Assembly (NCBI RefSeq): GCF_000145295.1
Contig: NC_014408.1
Span: 1,320,001-1,352,000 of the forward strand
Reading direction: 5' to 3'
DNA: 32,000 nucleotides
Source of the DNA: Methanothermobacter marburgensis str. Marburg
GTDB lineage: Archaea; Methanobacteriota; Methanobacteria; Methanobacteriales; Methanothermobacteraceae
The translations under genes and the position numbers were made by a program. The notes below the pieces were generated by a model that saw only the letters and a list, made by a program, of their open reading frames with translations, searched no databases and was not told the origin of the DNA. Each line of letters opens with the position of its first letter. Within the stretch, counting starts at the first letter, position 1. Below are positions 20,017 through 28,094 of this stretch, piece by piece.

Positions 20017-21071
20017 CACTGCACCCTGAATGAACTGTAGCGGTAGGCTATGTTGCAGGTTCCCTCCCTTGAAACCATACAGGCCCCCACAGGCTTCGTG
20101 GGCGTGCACTGGGTCTTAAAGAGTGAGCATTCCTCTGGCCTTGCAACTCCCCTCAGTATTGCGCCGCATATGCAGCCAGTTGGCACCTCAACGGCGTCAG
20201 CAACATCAATATCGAATTTTTCCCTTGCATTGAAATCCGAAAATTCATCCCTGATTTCATATACAGATTCAGGTATGACAGGGAATCCCCTCCACTCCCT
20301 CTCGGTTATGCGGAAAACCTCATCCATCGCCTGCTGGGCCTTTATGTTACCCTCAGGTTTCACGGCCCTCCTATATTCATTCTCAACCTTTGCCTCGCCC
20401 CTTTCGATCTGCCTGAGTATCATGTACACTGCCATTAGTATGTCAAGGGGGTTAAAGCCTGCTATGACCTGCGGTATTCCATAGTCCCTTGAGAATGGCT
20501 CATAGGGTTTCATGCCGATTATGGTTGATACATGGCCCGGCTCTATGAGGGCATTGAGGTTAACTTCACCTGATTCTATGAGGAATTTGAGTGCTGGAGG
20601 TATCAGCCTGTGGCAGGATAGGACTGAAAAGTTCTCTGGGGGGCCTGACAGTATCTCCGATGCTGTTGTTGGTGCGGTGGTCTCGAAGCCGGCCGCCATG
20701 AAGACCACCTCCCTGTCAAGTTTCCGGGCTATATCCACAGCATTTCCCACCCCGTAGACTATCCTGACATCGGCGCCCTCGGCCCTGGCATCAGCAAGTG
20801 ACCCCTCCGAACCAGGGACGCGGAGCATGTCACCGAATGTTGTGATTGTAACGCCCTGCCTTGCAAGTTCGATGCACTCGTCTATCTCCCGGGCAGGTAC
20901 GCAGCAGACAGGGCACCCCGGCCCGGCCACAACCTCAACCTCGTCCGGGAGTAGTGATCTTACTCCATGCTGCATTATAGTGTGTTCATGTGAACCGCAG
21001 ACGTGCATTATCTTAACAGGACGTGATATCTCATGTATCCTTGAAACCAGTTCCCTTGAAAGATTCTTCAT
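20016..21071 (-). CDS. hypD: Hydrogenase maturation protein HypD
   Basis: CGSHEHT, GPGCPVCCVP and the C-terminal Cys motifs (PTGCICG, CTPTKPVGACMVSREGTC) are present. Confidence 0.92.
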   Translation of the reverse strand: MKNLSRELVSRIHEISRPVKIMHVCGSHEHTIMQHGVRSLLPDEVEVVAGPGCPVCCVPAREIDECIELARQGVTITTFGDMLRVPGSEGSLADARAEGADVRIVYGVGNAVDIARKLDREVVFMAAGFETTAPTTASEILSGPPENFSVLSCHRLIPPALKFLIESGEVNLNALIEPGHVSTIIGMKPYEPFSRDYGIPQVIAGFNPLDILMAVYMILRQIERGEAKVENEYRRAVKPEGNIKAQQAMDEVFRITEREWRGFPVIPESVYEIRDEFSDFNAREKFDIDVADAVEVPTGCICGAILRGVARPEECSLFKTQCTPTKPVGACMVSREGTCNIAYRYSSFRVQ

Positions 21072-21161
21072 AGGCTACCACCAAATTACAGTTAAGGTCT
21101 ATTTATCATGATCCATATATATAACTGGCAGTGGATTTATTAAGCACGGGGATTATCAATC

Positions 21162-22097
21162 ATGACACCCATCATCCTAATACTAATCTTCTGCGCCTCA
21201 CTGCTCGGTGTTATAAGATCACCGGACATCTTTGTGGACAAGATCGTTGATATTGGAAGGGCGCTTGGAATATCCAGATAATACTGGGAGTTACGGGTAG
21301 CTACAGGGACATCTCTACCGGAATTCGGGTCCGCCATGATCTCTGTCCTTACAGTTAGCCTGAACTCGGTGTGGGTGTGGTGATAGTTTCAAACATATGG
21401 AACATTGCAGGTATCATAGGAATATCTGCCACTCTCTCCTGTGCTGTTACAACAAACAGGGATGACCCGGAGGGATGGACTATTCGGGCTTCTCAGCATC
21501 CTGATACTTTCATCTTTCATGCCCATGGGACCCATAGGCCCGCTTACAGGTGCCGTTCTCCTCAGCATCTATTGTGTTTACCTTTTAATTCTTATAAAGA
21601 AGCAGAGGAAATATTACACGAGCCACCTCATAGAGGGTGGTGATGCTGGCTGGAAGACCATTGTAACTGCAGTTTTAAGTTTCGCCGGGCTTGTGGTGTT
21701 CTGCAGGGTACTGGTTTACAGCGCAGTTGAAATTGCCGTGGTTCTCCATATTCCTGAGATGATAGTCGGCCTGTTTGCCCTTGCCATCGGGACAAGCCTT
21801 GCTGAACTTGTTGTCGCCGTTAACTCCGCAAGGAAGCATATGTGCAGCCTCTCACTGGGCACTGTACTTGGGAGTAACATATTCAATATCCTCATAGGCA
21901 TAGGGATTCCATCATTATTCGTGAAAATTCCTGTTGAGCCCCTCTCAGTTGTGCTTGATGCCCCCATTTTGATAGTTGTGACAGTTATTGTAATGTACTT
22001 CATGTGGACGGATATGGAGCTTAGAAGAGTGGAAGGAGTCGTGCTTCTCATTATATACATAATCTATGCTGCCTTAAGAATAGCAATCACAAGGTGA
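21162..22097 (+). pseudogene. Disrupted CaCA family (Na+/Ca2+ exchanger, YrbG-like) membrane transporter gene
   Basis: The alpha-repeat signatures ATGTSLPEFGSAMIS, VIVSNIWNIAGIIG, GTSLAELVVAV and GSNIFNILIGIG are spread over frames 0, 2 and 0. There is an in-frame TAA at 21279-21281, a frame change near 21357-21361, and another between about 21430 and 21470. Confidence 0.75.
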
Positions 22098-22123
22098 ATT
22101 CTAAAAAAATAAAAGGAAAGGGT

Positions 22124-25100
22124 TTATTTTCTCCTGGATATCGCTGAACCTGCTGCCACAAGAAGCATTCCTGCAACAAGTGCAGTTAAAGGTGCTCCTG
22201 TTGGCTTCATTGGTACAGGTCTAGGTCCCGGTGATGGTCCCGGTGATGGTCCTGGACCTGGTGATGGCTCAACATCGATCTCAACGTCCGTGGTGTTGTT
22301 ACCCCCACTTGAACCTGAGCTCACGGTTGCAACGTTGACGAATGTGCCGCGCCTTATGAGCTGAACCACGATGTCGAGGACTGCACTTGAACCTGCTGGG
22401 AGGTCTCCCACCATCCAGACACCAGTTGCAGGGTTGTATGACCCCATGGTGGCGTTGGAGGATATGTACCTCATGGCATCTGGCAGCCTGTCGGTAACCA
22501 TTGTGTTGAGTGCTGTGTCGGGTCCATTGTTGGTTACCGTTATGGTGAACCTTACGTTCTGACCCACACGCACAGCCCTTCTATCCACTGTCTTGTTAAT
22601 GGTGAGCTCTGCCCTTGGGTTAACTGTTACAGTGGCATTGGCGCTTGTATCCGGATTCGGGTTGTAGGTATCCGCCGTCACATCCGCAATGTTAACCAGA
22701 GTAGTGTTACTAACAGCAACCCTCGCAACAATCTCAAGCGTTGCAACAGCATCCTTAACCACTGAACCCACCATCCAGGCACCAGTCACACTGTCATAAG
22801 TACCCTGACTAGCAACATGGCTCAGATACACAAGACCAGCCGGAAGCAGATCCGTGACAACAACACCAGCCGCAGTATCAGGACCATCATTCCTCACTGA
22901 AACCGTAAACCTCACAGTATCAGTGAAGTTAGCAACAGTCGCATTGACCACCTTATCAATCACCAGATAAGCAGCCGCAGGTACCCTAACCGTAACCTCA
23001 GCAGTATTGTTCTCAGGGTAAGGATCAAACTCTTCACCCACAGCAAGAACCCTGTTTACAACATCACCAGTCCTATTCACAAGAACAGTGAAGTTCAGAG
23101 TCGCTGATGAACCAGGAGCAAGATCCCCAACTATCCATATGCATGCAAGTGGATAGCATACTCCCTGTGATATCGCATGAGACACATAGACAAGTCCTGC
23201 AGGCAGGCTCTCTGTTAAAGTGATTCCTGTTGCATTATCAGGTCCATTGTTCATAACAGTCACATAGAAGGTTATCAGATCACCGAAGTTCGGTGTACTG
23301 TTACTAACCGTCTTAGTGACTGCAACATCCGCAGCCGGGTCAACGGTGAGTACCGCTGTTGCATTGTTGTTTGAAATATCTGGATCGTACTGGTCGTCTG
23401 CTGATGCATTCACATAGTTGGTGAAGATACCAGCAGCATTTGCAAGTACCTCAAGTACTAGGGTTGCTGATGACCCATTGGCGAGGTTGCCCACTGTCCA
23501 TACACCGCCAGCGAAGGTTCCCTGTGATGCTTCTGAACTCACAATTGTGAGTGCTGCCGGTAATATATCGGTTACTGTAACACCTGTTGCATCGTTTGGT
23601 CCGTTATTTGTAACGGTAACAGTGAAGTTGGTGCTCTGTCCATTTTTGATGGGTGTTAAAAGGACCGTCTTCTGAACCGCGATGTCTGCAAGTGGACGTC
23701 CGTTAATTACAGCTGCTGCGTAGTTGTTGGTCATGTCAGGGTCATATTCGGTTGCTGTTACTGAGACGGTGTTTATGAGTTCACCTGTTGCGTCAACAAG
23801 GGCCGTCAGGTTGAGTGTCTCTGAGGCACCAGGTGCAAGTGAATCAACAGTCCATACATAGAACTCTGGGAAGTAGACCCCCGCAGATGCCACATGGGAC
23901 TGGTAGATAAGGCCTGCTGGCAGTCCGTCAACTGTCCTCACAACTGTGGCAGTGTCAGGTCCAAGGTTCGTTACCGTGATGTAGAACACGACGGTTTCAC
24001 CGAAGTCCGGTGCGGTGTTGCTCACGGTCTTGGTGATCTTAACATCTGCTGATGGTCTCACATCGACTGTAACGGCATCAACGTTGTCCTGTGGCATTGG
24101 GTCGGGCAGTTCTGATGATACATTGACTATGTTTGTCTGGAATCCTGCCTGGGTTGCCCTCACAAAGAGTGTGAGTGTTGCCTGGAATAGGGCTGGAAGT
24201 GATCCCACATTCCATGTGCGGGTTGCCTCACTGAAGGTTCCCTGGGTAACCGTGTATGATATGATGGATAAACCTGCCGGGAGAAGATCCGTTACAACCA
24301 CATTTGATGGCGTATCAGGTCCGGCGTTCCTCACGGTTACTGTGAAGGTTGCTGTTTCCCCGTTGTTTATAACGGGTCTGTCAACGGTCTTCTGGATGCT
24401 GAGATCGGCTGATACCGCATTAAGGACTGATATGGCATCATTGTTGGTCCTGTCCGGGTCGTATTCATTACCGGTCACTAATACCGTGTTATTTGAATCT
24501 CCCGTGGTGTTAACAAGGACCGTGAGGTTCATCAGAGCTGATGCGGCATAGTTCAGTGTTCCTATGGTCCATACCCCTGTTAATGGGTCGTATGAACCCT
24601 GTGTAACCGTGTGGGTGAGGTAGACGAGTCCCGGTGACAGTATATCAGTCACATTGACTCCCGTAGCCGTGCTTGGACCCAGATTTGTAACTGCAACTGT
24701 GAAAGTCACATTGGATCCGAAGTTGGGCCTCGGGTTATTCACGTTCTTTATGATGCGGAGATCCGCCACAGGAATTCCGCAGACATCCCGTGTTACGTTG
24801 TTGTTATCAAGGTTCGGGTCAAAGTTCGGTGATGTTACATTTGCAAAGTTTGTTAAGATGCCAGTAGCGTTGACCTTCGCGAGTATGGTGAGTGTTGCCA
24901 CCTCAAGGTAGTTGAGTGTCCCCACGTACCATGTTCCCATGGTATAGATGCCCTTGGATGGTGTTGCACTGACCAGTATGAGACCAGCAGGTAGAATATC
25001 CTCCACCACAACTCCCGGTGCATTATCAGGACCCCTGTTGCTCACTGTGATCGTGTACTGGATTGTCTCACCCACGTAGGGTTCAGGATTGCTCACGGAC

Positions 25101-26566
25101 TTGTCTATGGTGAGGTCTGATGCTGGTGGAGAATTCAGTGTTACTGATGCATAGTTGTTTGCCATGTTGGGATCAAACACATCACCTGTCACATTGGCAT
25201 TGTTAACTATGATTCCCGTTGCTTCAACCATGGCTGTGATGTTAAGTGTCACCGTTTCAAAGTAGTTGAGGTTTCCTATGGTCCATATGCCCGTGTTATT
25301 ATTGTAGGTACCCTTGGATGCAGTCGCTGATACAAACTGGAGCCCTGCTGGAAGTTTGTCAATCACATAAACCCCTGTACCGTTGTTGGGTCCATAATTT
25401 ACAACCGTCAAGGTGAAAGTAACCGTGTCCCCAATATTGGGTGTTGCATTGTCAACAGTCTTTGCTATGGCAAGGTCTGCCTTCTCAACAGCCTTTATGG
25501 TTATGTTCTCACCAAAGTCTGAGTTGTAGTGGTAACTTGAACCGCTCCTGTCTGTTATAAGACCAAAGAGGCTTGTTACGCCAGCACCGGTCACGTTGAA
25601 GAGCCAGACTGATACAAAGTTCGTCTGCCCTGGTGAGTCAAGGCGTACATTGTTGCTGGTGTTGGACCCATATGTTACTGTTACATTCAGCGGCTGAAGA
25701 ATAGCCGGGTTGTAGTTTGTAAGTGGAAGGTTAACAACATCATAGGTGGCTGAAGCCGTCGTTGATACAACGGTGACAGCAATCACATCCCCTATGGCTG
25801 GTGTGGGATTGCTCACGGTTATAGAGACCACATCGTTACGGTTCTGTGATACAAGTTTCTCCACGTATAGTGTACCATTTATGGTATCTGCTGATCCAGT
25901 GTTGGTGCCACCAACCATTACTGTGTAGTTTCTTGATGTTAGATACGCAAGGGTATTTCTTGAAACCTCCACAAGATAGAAGACGTCCACAGTGACCCCT
26001 GGAGGTATGTCCCCAAGATATTTGTTTGGGGTTTCATTTGCAGCCAGATAAATGTATGGATTTATTGAAGTGAAGGTTAAATTTGCTGTTACATTGTTTG
26101 CAGTTGTTAGGGCATTGTTCTTAACCCTGATCTGGATCAGGTACTGGTTTGGCCCAACATTCACATTGTTATTGTCAAGTCCAAGGGTATCCCATGAACC
26201 CTTGGTCAGCTGCAGTGTACCGAGTTTGAAGTCAGCTGTGGCCCTACCTGATTCATCAAGGGTCACGGTCTTTGATGGTATCACATGCCCGGGAGCAACC
26301 GCTGATACCACAAATGTCCTATCAGGTGACTGAAGACTGACAGAGTATCTTCCATCAGGACCTGTTACACCTGAAGCAAGATTGGAACCGTTCATGGACG
26401 CCACATTTATAACTGCGCCCTCAAATGGTTCTGTACTGTTACAGTATGTTACCGTACCAGTGATAACTGAATCCGAGTCGGTCTGGTTGTCAGTGTCTGC
26501 AGCGCTTGCAGTTCCAACTGCAACCATTAGAAGAAGAAGCGCTAGTGTCAGTGTAAATTTTCTCAT
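22124..26566 (-). CDS. Large secreted surface (adhesin-like) protein: signal peptide, CarboxypepD_reg-like domain, nine DUF11 repeats, Pro-rich linker, C-terminal TM anchor
   Basis: N-terminus MRKFTLTLALLLLMVAVGTASA. GTVTYCNSTEPFEGAVINV...GPDGRYSV resembles the carboxypeptidase-regulatory fold. Nine repeats of about 119 aa follow the pattern ADLxIxKTVxNxxPNxGDxVTFTxTVxNxGPxxATGVxVTDxLPAGLxxVS. The protein ends PSPGPGPSPGPSPGPRPVPMKPTGAPLTALVAGMLLVAAGSAISRRK. Confidence 0.85.
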   Translation of the reverse strand: MRKFTLTLALLLLMVAVGTASAADTDNQTDSDSVITGTVTYCNSTEPFEGAVINVASMNGSNLASGVTGPDGRYSVSLQSPDRTFVVSAVAPGHVIPSKTVTLDESGRATADFKLGTLQLTKGSWDTLGLDNNNVNVGPNQYLIQIRVKNNALTTANNVTANLTFTSINPYIYLAANETPNKYLGDIPPGVTVDVFYLVEVSRNTLAYLTSRNYTVMVGGTNTGSADTINGTLYVEKLVSQNRNDVVSITVSNPTPAIGDVIAVTVVSTTASATYDVVNLPLTNYNPAILQPLNVTVTYGSNTSNNVRLDSPGQTNFVSVWLFNVTGAGVTSLFGLITDRSGSSYHYNSDFGENITIKAVEKADLAIAKTVDNATPNIGDTVTFTLTVVNYGPNNGTGVYVIDKLPAGLQFVSATASKGTYNNNTGIWTIGNLNYFETVTLNITAMVEATGIIVNNANVTGDVFDPNMANNYASVTLNSPPASDLTIDKSVSNPEPYVGETIQYTITVSNRGPDNAPGVVVEDILPAGLILVSATPSKGIYTMGTWYVGTLNYLEVATLTILAKVNATGILTNFANVTSPNFDPNLDNNNVTRDVCGIPVADLRIIKNVNNPRPNFGSNVTFTVAVTNLGPSTATGVNVTDILSPGLVYLTHTVTQGSYDPLTGVWTIGTLNYAASALMNLTVLVNTTGDSNNTVLVTGNEYDPDRTNNDAISVLNAVSADLSIQKTVDRPVINNGETATFTVTVRNAGPDTPSNVVVTDLLPAGLSIISYTVTQGTFSEATRTWNVGSLPALFQATLTLFVRATQAGFQTNIVNVSSELPDPMPQDNVDAVTVDVRPSADVKITKTVSNTAPDFGETVVFYITVTNLGPDTATVVRTVDGLPAGLIYQSHVASAGVYFPEFYVWTVDSLAPGASETLNLTALVDATGELINTVSVTATEYDPDMTNNYAAAVINGRPLADIAVQKTVLLTPIKNGQSTNFTVTVTNNGPNDATGVTVTDILPAALTIVSSEASQGTFAGGVWTVGNLANGSSATLVLEVLANAAGIFTNYVNASADDQYDPDISNNNATAVLTVDPAADVAVTKTVSNSTPNFGDLITFYVTVMNNGPDNATGITLTESLPAGLVYVSHAISQGVCYPLACIWIVGDLAPGSSATLNFTVLVNRTGDVVNRVLAVGEEFDPYPENNTAEVTVRVPAAAYLVIDKVVNATVANFTDTVRFTVSVRNDGPDTAAGVVVTDLLPAGLVYLSHVASQGTYDSVTGAWMVGSVVKDAVATLEIVARVAVSNTTLVNIADVTADTYNPNPDTSANATVTVNPRAELTINKTVDRRAVRVGQNVRFTITVTNNGPDTALNTMVTDRLPDAMRYISSNATMGSYNPATGVWMVGDLPAGSSAVLDIVVQLIRRGTFVNVATVSSGSSGGNNTTDVEIDVEPSPGPGPSPGPSPGPRPVPMKPTGAPLTALVAGMLLVAAGSAISRRK
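22268..25480 (-). repeat. Nine tandem DUF11-type coding repeats (about 357 nt each, diverged)
   Basis: Protein-level periodicity counted by eye (residues about 363-1433). The copies are not identical at the nucleotide level. Confidence 0.8.
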
Positions 26567-26769
26567 TTTTCACCCCCCCCTTTAGTTTTTTTACACAAAC
26601 ATTTTTTATGTAAGCCATTGTATTTATAATGTTCTAAATGACTCCAGTATTACATGAAAATCATTAAAGTATAGCATCCAGCCGTAACTGAAGAAAAATT
26701 GGCAGAAAGCCCATATTTTGATGTCATGATATATATGGCCACCTCAAAATCCGACGATTTTGAATGAAT

Positions 26770-26795
26770 ACTTATATAATAAACTTATATAATAA
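26770..26795 (+). promoter_or_regulatory. Tandemly duplicated TATA element, 2 x ACTTATATAATAA
   Basis: 13-nt unit at 26770-26782 and again at 26783-26795, each containing TTATATAA. The ATG at 26812 lies about 20-27 nt downstream of the second box, consistent with a leaderless or short-leader mRNA. Confidence 0.5.
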
Positions 26796-26811
26796 AAGTA
26801 AACACATATTT

Positions 26812-27471
26812 ATGAAATCAGTACTTCTCCTTGGAAGGGGGCTCTCAGAGTACACCGACATGTTCAACCTTAAAGATGATGAACTTGCAGGAAAGAGGAT
26901 ACTTGATTGCGCTGCAGGTGTAAGTTCCTTCAGGAGTGAAATGAAGGGAAGGGGTTTTGATGTAACTGCAGTTGACCCCATCTACACTAGAAAACCAGAT
27001 GAACTCGAAGCCCTGGCAGAAGAGAGTTTCAAGAGGCACATAAAATTTCATGGTGATTTCCTCAGTGGAATTAAGGTTAAGGGCGTGCCACTTGAAGATT
27101 ACAGGAGGGCCGTGTTCAGGGAGTTCCTGAGTGACTACAGGAAAGACCCTGCAGGTTACATTGCCGGGGAGCTGCCAAATCTACCATTCAGTGCCCTGCA
27201 GTTTGATCTTGTCCTATCTGCAAATCTCCTCTTCCTCTATGAGGAGAAACTGAGTTACAGGTTCCATGCTGAGGCTGTGCGTGAGATGCTGAGGGTGGGA
27301 AGAGAGGTGAGGATATTTCCAGTTACCAACATTCACAGAAGAAGGAGGTCCATATACCTTCAGGAGATAATGGAGGAATTTGCTGATCATGAAATACTTA
27401 TCCAGCGCGTCCCATACCATGAGGAGACCGGCTGTAATGAAATGTTGATTATAAAATCAATTGATAATTGA
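26812..27471 (+). CDS. Class I SAM-dependent methyltransferase
   Basis: Motif I ILDCAAGVSSF. I chose the start at 26812 because the first 16 codons of the longer ORF (26764) translate the TATA duplication (NTYIINLYNKSK). The start remains uncertain. Confidence 0.7.
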   Translation: MKSVLLLGRGLSEYTDMFNLKDDELAGKRILDCAAGVSSFRSEMKGRGFDVTAVDPIYTRKPDELEALAEESFKRHIKFHGDFLSGIKVKGVPLEDYRRAVFREFLSDYRKDPAGYIAGELPNLPFSALQFDLVLSANLLFLYEEKLSYRFHAEAVREMLRVGREVRIFPVTNIHRRRRSIYLQEIMEEFADHEILIQRVPYHEETGCNEMLIIKSIDN

Positions 27472-27491
27472 TGATTATGGGAGGTGTTTCT

Positions 27492-27845
27492 GTGAAAAGA
27501 GTTACCATCGCTGCTTTAATTGTAGCGATTGTTTTTGTCGGGTCTATGGCCTTCAGTGAATCTTCCTATGGCCTTATATCCTCCTCAAAGGCCATTAAGG
27601 TTGTTAAAAAATCCGTTCCAGGGGATTACAGTAAGTTAAAGTTGAAGGCGAAACTTATAAAGAAGCCCCCAAAGTACATCTCAGGTTTTAATACGAGGGG
27701 GAAGATTGTCCGCCTTAGAATTAAGAGGCCCGTCTACCATGTCCTGGTGTATGACTGGAATCCCTCCAGTCCCTCCTACAAAATGGTGATTGGTGAGGCA
27801 TGGGTTGACGCTGTAAGTGGAAGGTTTCTCTGTGGGGCCGGATGA
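27492..27845 (+). CDS. Small secreted/membrane-anchored protein of unknown function (possibly PepSY-like)
   Basis: GTG at 27492 lies 5 nt after a perfect GGAGGTG. Signal-like N-terminus (M)KRVTIAALIVAIVFVGSMAFS. A T-run follows the stop. Confidence 0.6.
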   Translation: MKRVTIAALIVAIVFVGSMAFSESSYGLISSSKAIKVVKKSVPGDYSKLKLKAKLIKKPPKYISGFNTRGKIVRLRIKRPVYHVLVYDWNPSSPSYKMVIGEAWVDAVSGRFLCGAG

Positions 27846-28094
27846 GCCCTCATTTTTTATTCGTTATAGCTATATATTACGAATTTAAATATGTTATAAT
27901 CCTAAGGACCGAAGCATTGGAACATTCCCCCCTACAATTACTATATTGTTGACTCCAGATCAGAAGAAATCTAGTAAATTTTCGAAAAATGCCACTGATG
28001 GGTGATCGGTAATGATCAAAGAAAGTTTCAATCCATTCACCGCGTTCTATAAGGTTAAAAAATATGAAAAAATATGTAATCGGGTGAGTACAGG

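Noticed and set aside
20017-20109. Longer start of the HAD phosphatase at 20109
   Set aside because: The extra 31 codons lie inside the hypD coding region. The HAD motif I (DIDGT) follows directly after the Met at 20016, which overlaps the hypD stop in a typical coupled arrangement.
21140-21337. Track ORF 21140..21337 on the minus strand
   Set aside because: It lies antisense to the N-terminal part of the CaCA pseudogene, whose + strand translation contains the conserved GTSLPE alpha-repeat. The minus-strand product has no recognisable features.
22127-22267. PGF-CTERM / archaeosortase A signal at the C-terminus of the surface protein
   Set aside because: The architecture is similar, but the motif reads P-T-G-A-P rather than P-G-F. 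I cannot show an archaeosortase in this window, so I report it only as sorting-signal-like.
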